DNA of 64,000 bases from an uncultured Flavobacteriaceae bacterium (GTDB taxonomy: Bacteria > Bacteroidota > Bacteroidia > Flavobacteriales > Flavobacteriaceae). The notes under the pieces are model-generated. The model worked only from the letters and a program-made list of their open reading frames with translations, was not told where the DNA came from and did not search any database. Shown in pieces: positions 10,396 through 18,572 of this stretch; within the stretch, counting starts at the first letter, position 1, and each line of letters starts with the position of its first letter. The translations under genes were made by a program, and so were the position numbers. The DNA lies in assembly GCA_947501625.1 (NCBI GenBank), contig CANMWN010000001.1, positions 381,319 through 445,318 on the forward strand, written 5' to 3'.

Positions 10396-10896
10396 TTAAC
10401 TTAAAGCTGCAATTAAATCAGCTTTTTTCATAGAAGAAATACCTGTGATTCCTTTTGCTTTTGCTAATTCTTTTAATTCAGCAACAGTCATTTTGCTAAA
10501 GTCTTGCGTTGCTTCAACTTTAGTTTCTTCAACTTTTACTGCTTCTTTTTTAGGCGCTGCTTTCTTTGCAGGTGCTTTTTTAGCTCCTGAAGCGGCAATG
10601 CTTTCAATTTGAATTTCAGTAAAAGATTGTCTATGACCATTCTTTTTTCTATATCCTTTTCTACGTTTTTTCTTAAAAACGATAACTTTATCACCTTTTA
10701 GGTGACTTAAGATTTTGGCAGTCACTGCTGCTCCTTCTATAGCTGGGGCGCCAATAGTTACTTTACCATCATCTAAAAGAAGAACGTTATCAAAAGTTAC
10801 TTTTGATCCCTCATCTCCTTGTAAACGATGAACAAATACTTTTTGGTCTTTCGCTACTTTAAATTGCTGCCCTGCTATCTCTACGATTGCGTACAT
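10396..10896 (-). CDS. rplU: 50S ribosomal protein L21 with a Lys/Ala-rich C-terminal extension
   Basis: N-terminal ~105 aa match bL21 ([14 protein letters not shown].....V....L.GD.G..V....VLL; V.FKK.RRK.Y.RK.GHRQ..T...I). This is followed by a ~60-aa [12 protein letters not shown] / SAP-like tail ([16 protein letters not shown]...KADLIAAL). Confidence 0.9.
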   Translation of the reverse strand: MYAIVEIAGQQFKVAKDQKVFVHRLQGDEGSKVTFDNVLLLDDGKVTIGAPAIEGAAVTAKILSHLKGDKVIVFKKKRRKGYRKKNGHRQSFTEIQIESIAASGAKKAPAKKAAPKKEAVKVEETKVEATQDFSKMTVAELKELAKAKGITGISSMKKADLIAALS

Positions 10897-11007
10897 ACGA
10901 TTAAATTTAAAATTCGCTTTGTTAAAAATGAGTGCAAATATATTTCTTTTTTCTGAATCTACAAAGTAAGATTTGCAATTTAAATGATTTGCAAATCAGC
11001 AGTTTAC

Positions 11008-11886
11008 TTATTTAGTTTTCTTGTTGGCCAAATACACTCCTAAAAGGATAATTATTGCTCCAACAAATTGCATAAAACTAATTTTTTCTCCATCCATAAA
11101 ACCCCATAAAACAGCAACTAAAGTCATTAAATAAGTAACTGAAGAAGCAAAAACAGGTGTGGCAATTTGCACCAGTTTATTAAACAAAACTTTGGCTAAT
11201 GCAGTGCCAAATAAAGACAAGATGACTACATAAAATATGGAAAGTGAAAATGTTTCTTTATTATATATTGTTTTGGTAAAAAAATCAGTGAATAATAGAA
11301 TTAATATTGCAGGGACTATAATTGCTGCAAAATTACCAACAGCAATAGCCATTGGTTTTACTTCTTGTAAGTGTTTTTTTATAATATTTACATTAAAGGC
11401 ATACATTATTGTAGCTAATATTACAAAACCTGCGTACAAGTAATTTTGATGTGGATTTAGTTTAGCACCATTTGCTATTAAAAGTGCGGTACCTAAAAAT
11501 CCAATTATTACTCCTACCAACTGTCGCTTAGTTGAAATGATTTTAAATATTGCAGCACCAATTAAAATAGTATTTAACGGCACCAAAGAATTTAATATTG
11601 AAGCAACTGCACTATCAACTTCAGTCTCGGCAACAGCAAAAAGAAAAGCCGGAAAAAATGTACCTAAAAATCCAGAAATAATTAACCACTTCCATTTATC
11701 TCTCTCTATAGTTTTTATGGTTCTATAACCAAATGCAAACAAAAAAAGTCCACTAAAAATAACTCTTAAAGCACCTAATTCTATTGGTGTTAATCCAACT
11801 AGTCCTTTTTTTATCAATATGAATGAACTTCCCCAAATAAGAGAAAGAATGATAAGAAAAGTCCATTTTTGATAATTATTTGACAT
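11008..11886 (-). CDS. EamA/DMT-family transporter
   Basis: 292 aa, ten TM helices, duplicated EamA domains. Confidence 0.7.
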   Translation of the reverse strand: MSNNYQKWTFLIILSLIWGSSFILIKKGLVGLTPIELGALRVIFSGLFLFAFGYRTIKTIERDKWKWLIISGFLGTFFPAFLFAVAETEVDSAVASILNSLVPLNTILIGAAIFKIISTKRQLVGVIIGFLGTALLIANGAKLNPHQNYLYAGFVILATIMYAFNVNIIKKHLQEVKPMAIAVGNFAAIIVPAILILLFTDFFTKTIYNKETFSLSIFYVVILSLFGTALAKVLFNKLVQIATPVFASSVTYLMTLVAVLWGFMDGEKISFMQFVGAIIILLGVYLANKKTK

Positions 11887-11972
11887 TGAATATTTTTAAG
11901 CGGTACAAAAGTCTGACTTTTATTCGGAAAACTACTAGTTTCTATGTAATTTTGTAAGAAAATAAAACTATT

Positions 11973-12311
11973 ATGAAAATATTAAAATACATCTTAAGCC
12001 TAACTATCGTTTTAACTCTTGCGTCTTGTAAAAGTGATGCTAACTCAAAAGTTGCAACTGTTGAAAAGGGAATTCAGAATATTGAAGTTGCTATTGAAGG
12101 TATGACTTGTGAAATTGGTTGTGCAAAATTAATCGAATCTAAAGTACATAAATTAGCTGGAGTTACAGTTTCAGAAGTAGATTTTGAAAACAAAGTTGGC
12201 AAAATTACTTTTGATAATTCTAAAATTTCTCAAGACGAAATCGTAAAAACTATTACTGGAATTGCAGGTGGAGAATTATACAAAGTTACTGATATAAAGA
12301 CTATTAAATAG
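11973..12311 (+). CDS. Heavy-metal-associated (HMA) domain lipoprotein / copper chaperone-like
   Basis: 112 aa; lipoprotein signal (LASC) and HMA metal-binding motif (GMTCEIGC). Confidence 0.7.
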   Translation: MKILKYILSLTIVLTLASCKSDANSKVATVEKGIQNIEVAIEGMTCEIGCAKLIESKVHKLAGVTVSEVDFENKVGKITFDNSKISQDEIVKTITGIAGGELYKVTDIKTIK

Positions 12312-12343
12312 TTTTTATTATTTCTTTAACAGTTTTTTTCTTG

Positions 12344-12351
12344 TATATTTG
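12344..12351 (+). promoter_or_regulatory. Bacteroidetes sigmaA -7 box (TAtaTTTG) upstream of the Cys-rich lipoprotein gene
   Basis: tatatttg is 41 nt upstream of the ATG at 12392 and matches the TAnnTTTG consensus. Confidence 0.4.
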
Positions 12352-12391
12352 CCTCATTATTTAACTTATAACTTAAATTAAACCCAAAATC

Positions 12392-12781
12392 ATGAAATTA
12401 TTAAAAGGAATTTTTGTAATCGTTTTAGTTGCTGTAGTTGCAGTTTCTTGTAAAGATGCAAAAAAAGATGCAGACGCTGTTAAAGATGGTGTTGAAACTG
12501 TAGTTGAAGAAACTAAAGAAGAAGTAAAAGACGCTGACAAGTTAGCTGCAAAAACTGACTGTTCAAAAGTAAAATGTGATGATGCGAATTGTTCAGACAA
12601 AGATTGTTTAAAATGTGCAGCAAAACGTGCTGAATGTAAAGCTAAAAAAATGGCTGATGAAGCCAAAGAAAGCGTTGAGAAAGGTACTGAAGAACTAAAA
12701 GAAAAAGGTGAAAAAGTACTTGAAGACGGAAAAGAAGTAATTAAAGAAGAAGTTAAAAAAGTGGAAAAAGCACTTGAATAA
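12392..12781 (+). CDS. Secreted Lys/Glu-rich, Cys-cluster lipoprotein (hypothetical; possible metal binder)
   Basis: 129 aa; lipobox VAVSC, then a charged low-complexity sequence with CSKVKCDDANCSDKDCLKCAAKRAEC. Sits beside the HMA lipoprotein and the heme A synthase gene. The antisense ORF 12373..12666 is discounted. Confidence 0.5.
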   Translation: MKLLKGIFVIVLVAVVAVSCKDAKKDADAVKDGVETVVEETKEEVKDADKLAAKTDCSKVKCDDANCSDKDCLKCAAKRAECKAKKMADEAKESVEKGTEELKEKGEKVLEDGKEVIKEEVKKVEKALE

Positions 12782-12800
12782 TTTTTTAAAATACTTATCT

Positions 12801-12832
12801 AAAAAGGGTTCCAAAATTGGAACCCTTTTTTA
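12801..12832 (+). terminator. Rho-independent terminator
   Basis: gggttccaaaattggaaccc hairpin followed by a T-run, directly after the stop at 12781. Confidence 0.7.
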
Positions 12833-12871
12833 TTTAATTAAAGTATCTTTGTAATCGAAATTTCATCATTT

Positions 12872-13894
12872 ATGAAAAAGCGATTTCCTAAAATTGTTAA
12901 ACTAACTTTAATCTCGGTTTATCTAATTTTTCTGGCAGGTGCAACCGTTAGAATGACTGGATCAGGAATGGGATGTCCTGATTGGCCAAAATGTTTTGGA
13001 TATTTGATTCCACCAACAACCGAAGCGGAATTGCTTTGGCATCCAAATAAAGATTACAATAAAAAAGTGGTAATCATAAAAGATGAAACACTACTTGTAG
13101 CCAAGAAAACTTTTAAATCTTCTCTTAAATTTAATTCTGAAAATTGGAAACCATATAAAAAACACAATTATGCAAAGTTTAATGTATTTCATACTTGGAC
13201 AGAGTATATAAATAGGCTTGCCTCTGCAGTCTCAGGAATTTTCTTTCTCTTTTTGATTATTGTTTCTACTAAGTTTTGGAAAGAAAATAAGTGGATTCCT
13301 ATAATTTCATTTATCGCATTTTTCTTAATGCTTTTTGAAGCATGGTTAGGAAAAACAGTAGTTGATTCAGTTTTAAAACCATCTGTAATTACGGTACATA
13401 TGGTTGTTGGCTTGATTATCGTAGCGCTTATGTTAACGCTACATTATATTGTAAATAAACACAAAAAAACTCCAAAGAAAACGAATAAATTATTCACAAA
13501 TTTGCTTTGGGTTGCAGCCATTTTTTCGTTGATTCAAATTGCACTTGGAACTCAAGTACGACAATATGTAGATGAGCAAGTAAAACTCTTGGGATTCGAA
13601 AACAAACAATTGAGTTTATTAGCGCCTGATTTAAAATTTTACATCCATAGATCATTTACTATCGCTATTGTTTTAGTAAATTTTTGGTTGTTTTATTTGA
13701 ACGAAAAATTAACGCTTGGTTATAAAAAAGTAAATTGGATAATCGTCCTTTTAGGTATTGAAGTTATAAGCGGAATATTGATGTATTATGCAGATTTTCC
13801 AATCGGAACGCAAGCAGTTCACTTACTCTTCGGAATATTTTTATTCAGTATTCAGTTTTACTTACTATTACAGAGTAGAACAACAAAAAACTAA
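12872..13894 (+). CDS. ctaA: Heme A synthase (COX15/CtaA family)
   Basis: 340 aa polytopic membrane protein with the N-terminal MTGSGMGCPDWPKCFG motif characteristic of CtaA/COX15, and conserved His in the TM helices. Confidence 0.8.
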   Translation: MKKRFPKIVKLTLISVYLIFLAGATVRMTGSGMGCPDWPKCFGYLIPPTTEAELLWHPNKDYNKKVVIIKDETLLVAKKTFKSSLKFNSENWKPYKKHNYAKFNVFHTWTEYINRLASAVSGIFFLFLIIVSTKFWKENKWIPIISFIAFFLMLFEAWLGKTVVDSVLKPSVITVHMVVGLIIVALMLTLHYIVNKHKKTPKKTNKLFTNLLWVAAIFSLIQIALGTQVRQYVDEQVKLLGFENKQLSLLAPDLKFYIHRSFTIAIVLVNFWLFYLNEKLTLGYKKVNWIIVLLGIEVISGILMYYADFPIGTQAVHLLFGIFLFSIQFYLLLQSRTTKN

Positions 13895-14451
13895 TTCTTC
13901 CACTCTATACTCTGCATCAAGTTTTTAATATCTTTCTCGATATATTTTATTGCAGGGTAAATAGAATCGTAGTTTGGCTTCACATTGAAATATAAAGATC
14001 CGTACAAAACATTTTTAATACTATCTGTTGCGTGAAATTGCAAATTCGAAGCAACATCTCCTTCTACATTTATTATTTTCCCATATACTTTTGAGTATTC
14101 ATTTTCATAAGGTTGACTAATGCCTATTCCATCAGCCTTTACAGTATGCTCAAAGGTTAATTTTTCCACTTCTCTTAAAACTTCATCCAAATTATTATTA
14201 ACTCTTCTATAAGTTACATGAACCGTTGCGTCTAATAACGGATAGTTTATTTTTAACCAACAATTATTTTCAAAATTTACGATAGAGTTTTGCGCTATTT
14301 GAAAAGTATAAGGGCAACCACTCACAACTTTTTGATAAGATGCTTCTGGGTAATCTAATTTTAAAAAAGCCTTAGGTTTAGGTAAAACCTCCTCTTTACA
14401 TCTTGTAAAAAAGATTACTATTAATAGAAAAGATAGGTGTTTAATTTTCAT
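13891..14451 (-). CDS. gldD: Gliding motility lipoprotein GldD
   Basis: 186 aa lipoprotein (signal + FTRC) immediately downstream of the gldE-like gene. The gene order gldD-gldE-ssb-mutY matches the F. johnsoniae gld locus as I recall it. Confidence 0.62.
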   Translation of the reverse strand: MKIKHLSFLLIVIFFTRCKEEVLPKPKAFLKLDYPEASYQKVVSGCPYTFQIAQNSIVNFENNCWLKINYPLLDATVHVTYRRVNNNLDEVLREVEKLTFEHTVKADGIGISQPYENEYSKVYGKIINVEGDVASNLQFHATDSIKNVLYGSLYFNVKPNYDSIYPAIKYIEKDIKNLMQSIEWKN

Positions 14452-15766
14452 CTTTTTCAGTTGGGTTTATGGTCACTTTCACCTGTTTTAATCTGCGTTT
14501 ATCAACTGCTTCAACTTTAAACGCTAGATTATTAAACTTTATTACTTCTTTTACTTTCGGAAACTTTCCTGAGATTTCTAATATAAAACCAGCCAAAGTT
14601 TCGGTTTCACCTTTATCTTCTTCGAAGAGTTCTTCTTCAATATCTAAAACTTTAGAAAAGTCTTTGATAGATGTTTTTCCGTCAAATACGTAATTATGTT
14701 CATCAATCTTAGAATAAGACAAATCATCGTCATCAAATTCGTCAGAAATATCTCCAACAATTTCTTCGATGATATCTTCTAATGTTACTATGCCACTTGT
14801 TCCGCCATATTCATCGACAACAATAGCAAGGTGAATCTTTTTTTCCTGAAATTCTTTTAATAAATCATCTAATTTCTTGTTTTCAGGAACATAAAATGGC
14901 TCTCTCAACAACTTTTGCCATTTAAAATTCTTTTTATTCAAATGTGGCAATAAATCTTTGGCGTATAAAACACCAACAATTTCGTCAACCGATTCATGAT
15001 AAATAGGATTTCTAGAAAATCCGTTTTTAACAATCTGAGCAACAACATTTTCATAAGATTCATCATCGGCAATTGCAAACATATCAATTCGAGGTTTCAT
15101 AATCTGAACCGTCTCAGTGTTCCCAAAATTTACAATTCCCTCTAAAATTTTTTGTTCATCATCAGTTGTAGCATCATCGGAAGTTAATTCCAATGCTTGT
15201 GATAATTTTTCGACTGATAAGTTTGTTTGTTTTTGTCCCAATCGATTTTCAACAAAGTTGGTCAAGCTCATTAACGGAACACTAAAAGGTGTCAATACCT
15301 TATTCAAAAAGTTAATTGGCGTAACCATAAAAGTTGCTAATTTCATAGCATTTCGAGTTGCATATACTTTTGGCAAAACCTCACCAAACAACAAAATTAA
15401 AAAGGTTACTAAACCAACTTCAATAGCAAAACGCAAATACGTATTTTCAATACTACTAAATATTTCTTCGCCCAAAAAAGCAAATACCAACACAATTAAA
15501 ATATTGATAAAATTATTGGATATAAGTATGGTTGCTAATAGTTTTTTGGGATTTTCAAGCAATTTTACAACCGTCTGTTGTTTCTTAGATTTTGAATTGG
15601 CTGCTTCGTCTAAATCAGTTTGAGAAAGTGAGAAAAAAGCAACTTCAGTACCTGAAATAAATGCTGAACACACCAATAAAATGAACAAAACAATAAACCA
15701 TAACAAGATTATCTTGTTAAATAGTAGGAGTGAAAGAGAAAATAAACTCGAGGGTTCTGGATCCAA
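14441..15766 (-). CDS. gldE: Gliding motility protein GldE (DUF21 + tandem CBS + CorC/HlyC transporter-associated domain)
   Basis: 441 aa; N-terminal four-TM DUF21, CBS pair, C-terminal CorC_HlyC domain (GxxxTLAGFILE.....P). The family is also known as a hemolysin-C / CorC Mg/Co efflux family. Confidence 0.75.
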   Translation of the reverse strand: MDPEPSSLFSLSLLLFNKIILLWFIVLFILLVCSAFISGTEVAFFSLSQTDLDEAANSKSKKQQTVVKLLENPKKLLATILISNNFINILIVLVFAFLGEEIFSSIENTYLRFAIEVGLVTFLILLFGEVLPKVYATRNAMKLATFMVTPINFLNKVLTPFSVPLMSLTNFVENRLGQKQTNLSVEKLSQALELTSDDATTDDEQKILEGIVNFGNTETVQIMKPRIDMFAIADDESYENVVAQIVKNGFSRNPIYHESVDEIVGVLYAKDLLPHLNKKNFKWQKLLREPFYVPENKKLDDLLKEFQEKKIHLAIVVDEYGGTSGIVTLEDIIEEIVGDISDEFDDDDLSYSKIDEHNYVFDGKTSIKDFSKVLDIEEELFEEDKGETETLAGFILEISGKFPKVKEVIKFNNLAFKVEAVDKRRLKQVKVTINPTEKDEN

Positions 15767-15788
15767 TTAATAATTGATTTAATTAAAC

Positions 15789-16220
15789 TTAAAACGGTAA
15801 ATCATCATTTTCTTCAACAACATTTTGATTTTCCACATTTTTTGGCTGACTTACAGGTTGAGAAGGCGTATTTCCTAATTCTCTTTTGGTAGATAAAAAT
15901 GTCATATCAACTACATGAATTTCGGTTGAATAGCGCTTCACTCCATCTTCACCTTCCCACTGTCTGGTTTTTATTCTACCTTCACAATATACTTTATCAC
16001 CTTTGGTCAAATATTTTTCACAAATTTCAGCCAATTTATTTCTTACAACTACATTGTGCCATTCGGTAGTTGTAATTTTTTCACCTGTTTTTTTATTGGT
16101 GTATGATTCGTTAGTTGCCACAGGAAATCTACCAATAGAATTCTTATCGTCAAAATAATGCATTTTCACTTCATCTCCCAAATGTCCTATCAACATTACT
16201 TTATTTAAGGTTCCTGCCAT
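15789..16220 (-). CDS. ssb: Single-stranded DNA-binding protein
   Basis: 143 aa; OB-fold core (MAGTLNKVMLIGHLG.....; TEWH.VV....LAE....YL.KG..V..EG...TR.WE...G..R..TEI) and an acidic C-terminal tail ending DDLPF. Confidence 0.92.
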   Translation of the reverse strand: MAGTLNKVMLIGHLGDEVKMHYFDDKNSIGRFPVATNESYTNKKTGEKITTTEWHNVVVRNKLAEICEKYLTKGDKVYCEGRIKTRQWEGEDGVKRYSTEIHVVDMTFLSTKRELGNTPSQPVSQPKNVENQNVVEENDDLPF

Positions 16221-16497
16221 AACTATTTATTGTTTTAAATATCAAAAATACTAAAAATATCAATTGGTGAGAAAAAAGTAATTGTGATAATGTCATTTTG
16301 AGCACAGTCGAAAAATCTTTTTAAAGATTCTTCATTTCATTCAGAATAACAATTGACTTTGTAACTTATTCTCACTAACTTTACCTATCGGACGATAAAA
16401 TCAATTGAAACTGAATTTATCTTAAACCATTAGGCAAAATATAACCAAAACCATCTAAAAAAATAGAAATAATAAAGATACCAGAATATTGATTATG

Positions 16498-16515
16498 CAT
16501 TACGATATCGTAATG
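16498..16515. repeat. 18-bp perfect palindrome cattacgat|atcgtaatg in the 470-bp AT-rich non-coding region upstream of the RT gene
   Basis: Exact dyad symmetry; followed 3 nt later by a second hairpin aatcct-aaagtg-aggatt (16519-16536). It lies about 180 nt upstream of the RT start codon. Confidence 0.75.
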
Positions 16516-16692
16516 TCAATCCTAAAGTGAGGATTTAAATGAAGTTGACTCTTTTTAGATTAACTTTTAATTATTATATCTTTTAAGTTCAAATTATTTA
16601 TAATACTAATATATTTATAATATAATCTCGCTTTTAATTCTTATTAATTAAATTATGATTTATAACTTATTAAAGTTCATACACAAGAGAAT

Positions 16693-18387
16693 ATGCCTGG
16701 TATCTTTTTAGATGAAATTTCCCGAGAAAAAGTAGTTCAAAAATTTAATAATATTAGTTCCATTAATGAATTTGCTTCACTTCTAAATTTTATAGAGAGG
16801 AATAACACTCTTCTTCTAGATAAAAAGAAATTCACACCAATTAACTCAAAGTATTTATACCATTTATCAATAACTAAAGACAAAAGATATAAAGAGTTCA
16901 GTATCTCCAAAAAAAGTGGAAAAGAAAGAAAAATTGAATCACCAGATGAACTCTTGAAAAGGGTACAAAAACTAATTAATTTTTTATTGCAAGTTATTTT
17001 CGAACCATATTCACATTACAGTTCAAATGGCTTTTTGTTTGGAAAAGGAATCATAAGGAATGCAAAACCTCACATTAATAAAAAATATGTTTTAAATTTA
17101 GATATTAAAGATTTCTTTCCATCAATAAACTTTAGAAGAATAAAAGTGGTTTTAGAATTAAACCCATTCAACTTGAAGGATGAAAGAGAAAGAATATCTT
17201 TTCTAATAGCCAATATTTGCACTTATAAAAATCATCTTCCGCAAGGGGTTCCAACTTCTCCTATTTTATCCAATATTGTAACACAAAGATTAGATAGAAA
17301 ATTAACAAAAGAATGTTTAGGTTTAAATATTAAATACACTAGATATGCCGATGATTTAACATTTTCAAGTAATCAGAATATCCTTAACTCTAGTTTTATT
17401 AAAAAGGTTGAACAAATTGTTCAATCTGAAAACTTTGAACTTAACAACAATAAAACAAGACTGCAAACTTCTATGCAAAGGCAACAGGTTACAGGATTGG
17501 TAGTAAACGAAAAGTTAAATATTAAAAGAGAATATTTACAAAAAGTTAGAGCAATGCTCAACAACTGGGAAAAAGGAGGGTTGAATTACGCAGAACTTAT
17601 TTTTAGAAAGCATCAACCAATTGAAAAGAAAGGATATCCTTTTAAGAATGTCTTATTAGGTCATATTTCATTTATTAAACAAATAAAGGGCGCCGAAAAT
17701 AACATCTCCTTAAAACTAATAGAAAAATATACTTTATTAAATAACTTAATAGATTATAGTTTTATAAAAAATAAAGCCGTAAAAGAGAAGTTAATTAGTG
17801 ACAACCATAAAATGGAACAAATACCATTATTAAACAATCAAACTGAAAACGATAAATTTATATCCTTTTGCACTTCTGCTTTTCATCAAATAGAAAACTT
17901 GTTAAATTATTATTACTGGTCAAAATTCAAATTTATTGACTTACTTGAACACCTTTTATTAAATAACCCATCATTTAAGAAGAGGTATAAAAATCTTGAT
18001 AATGCAAAAAATAATTTTAAAAAAATAAGTGAACTGAATATAAATTTAATAGTTTATTTATATGAAAAAGAGTTCTTTTTTGACAAAAAAATATACTACA
18101 AACAAGAAATAACCAAATTAAGAGAAATAAGAAATGATGATTCACATAGATGTTCTGTCATTGATGTTAACAAAGACGAAATCAATAATGAATATGCTAA
18201 GTTAGAAGCAAAAAAAATTGATTTTAAAAAAAGAGGAAAAAATCTAGTATACAGTAACAAGGAGAAAAAGTTTATTTTAAAGTATGAATCTTTTCTTTTT
18301 TTAGAAAACAAGAATTATAAGGAAGTTAGACGCATTTTAAAAGATATTACACTAAATATTAAAAATACTTTGCCTAACAACGTATAA
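16693..18387 (+). CDS. Retron-type reverse transcriptase (Ec86-like RT core) with a ~250-aa C-terminal extension carrying a HEPN-like Rx4H motif
   Basis: 564 aa. The RT core aligns closely with Ec86 RT: domain 1 KKSGKERKIESP; retron-specific NAxxH (RNAKPH); domain 2 LNLDIKDFFPSI; domain 4 LPQGVPTSPILSNI; domain 5 YTRYADDLTFSS (Ec86: YTRYADDLTLSA); domain 7 QQVTGLVVN (retron VTG). About 290 aa follow the VTG motif (Ec86 has about 70), including ..LREIRNDDSHR.. = R-N-x3-H. GC content is lower than in the flanking genes. Confidence 0.85.
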   Translation: MPGIFLDEISREKVVQKFNNISSINEFASLLNFIERNNTLLLDKKKFTPINSKYLYHLSITKDKRYKEFSISKKSGKERKIESPDELLKRVQKLINFLLQVIFEPYSHYSSNGFLFGKGIIRNAKPHINKKYVLNLDIKDFFPSINFRRIKVVLELNPFNLKDERERISFLIANICTYKNHLPQGVPTSPILSNIVTQRLDRKLTKECLGLNIKYTRYADDLTFSSNQNILNSSFIKKVEQIVQSENFELNNNKTRLQTSMQRQQVTGLVVNEKLNIKREYLQKVRAMLNNWEKGGLNYAELIFRKHQPIEKKGYPFKNVLLGHISFIKQIKGAENNISLKLIEKYTLLNNLIDYSFIKNKAVKEKLISDNHKMEQIPLLNNQTENDKFISFCTSAFHQIENLLNYYYWSKFKFIDLLEHLLLNNPSFKKRYKNLDNAKNNFKKISELNINLIVYLYEKEFFFDKKIYYKQEITKLREIRNDDSHRCSVIDVNKDEINNEYAKLEAKKIDFKKRGKNLVYSNKEKKFILKYESFLFLENKNYKEVRRILKDITLNIKNTLPNNV

Positions 18388-18572
18388 AATTAATTGCTAG
18401 TTTTAGCCTACTTACGAAAATCCTTGCGAATTTTCTATTTGGTTTGTATTTGCTAAATTAGTTACTTAAACTACGCAACTAATCTTATACAAAACCGTTG
18501 AAGCACATTCAGCAAAGTTGAACTTTTGTTTCTTCGTGCTTCGCACTCCCATCCCAAAAGATTGTGCTTCAA

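Noticed and set aside
10986-10997. 12-bp perfect palindrome gatttgcaaatc (plus a nearby direct copy of gatttgcaa) between the EamA gene stop and the rplU promoter region
   Set aside because: It is short and AT-rich, so it could arise by chance in a 32% GC genome. It is plausibly just part of the rplU-rpmA promoter or the EamA terminator, and is not reported as a feature without comparative support.
12373-12666. 97-aa minus-strand ORF antisense to the Cys-rich lipoprotein gene
   Set aside because: Its low-complexity Ser/Ala/Thr-rich translation is the mirror of the Lys/Glu-rich sense gene. The sense gene has a proper lipoprotein signal and promoter box.
15117-15623. 168-aa plus-strand ORF inside gldE, and similar antisense or nested ORFs
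   Set aside because: The examples are 1317-1526, 1845-2030, 2133-2381, 7866-8069, 8466-8648, 11237-11443, 11537-11728, 14469-14693, 18096-18311, 21021-21395, 21438-21767, 26421-26875, 28480-28698, 30297-30509, 31906-32136, 32381-32728, 33597-33860, 34537-34815, 38211-38414, 39960-40202, 40719-40925, 41340-41783, 42865-43059, 46866-48030, 48427-49100, 49799-49996, 50452-50709, 51039-51251, 57353-57661 and 57850-58113. They are fully contained in, or antisense to, strongly supported genes with clear homology. They are AT-rich-genome frame artefacts with low-complexity translations and no domain signal.
16693-18387. Considered whether the RT belongs to a group II intron, a diversity-generating retroelement or a CRISPR-associated RT
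   Set aside because: There is no maturase/endonuclease domain, and no intron domain V/VI-like RNA or IBS/EBS context. The motif-4 sequence is QGxxxSP (retron/G2L type), not the DGR IGxxxSQ, and there are no TR/VR repeat pairs. There is no cas gene or CRISPR array anywhere in the window. The NAxxH, YTRYADD and VTG motifs are retron-specific.
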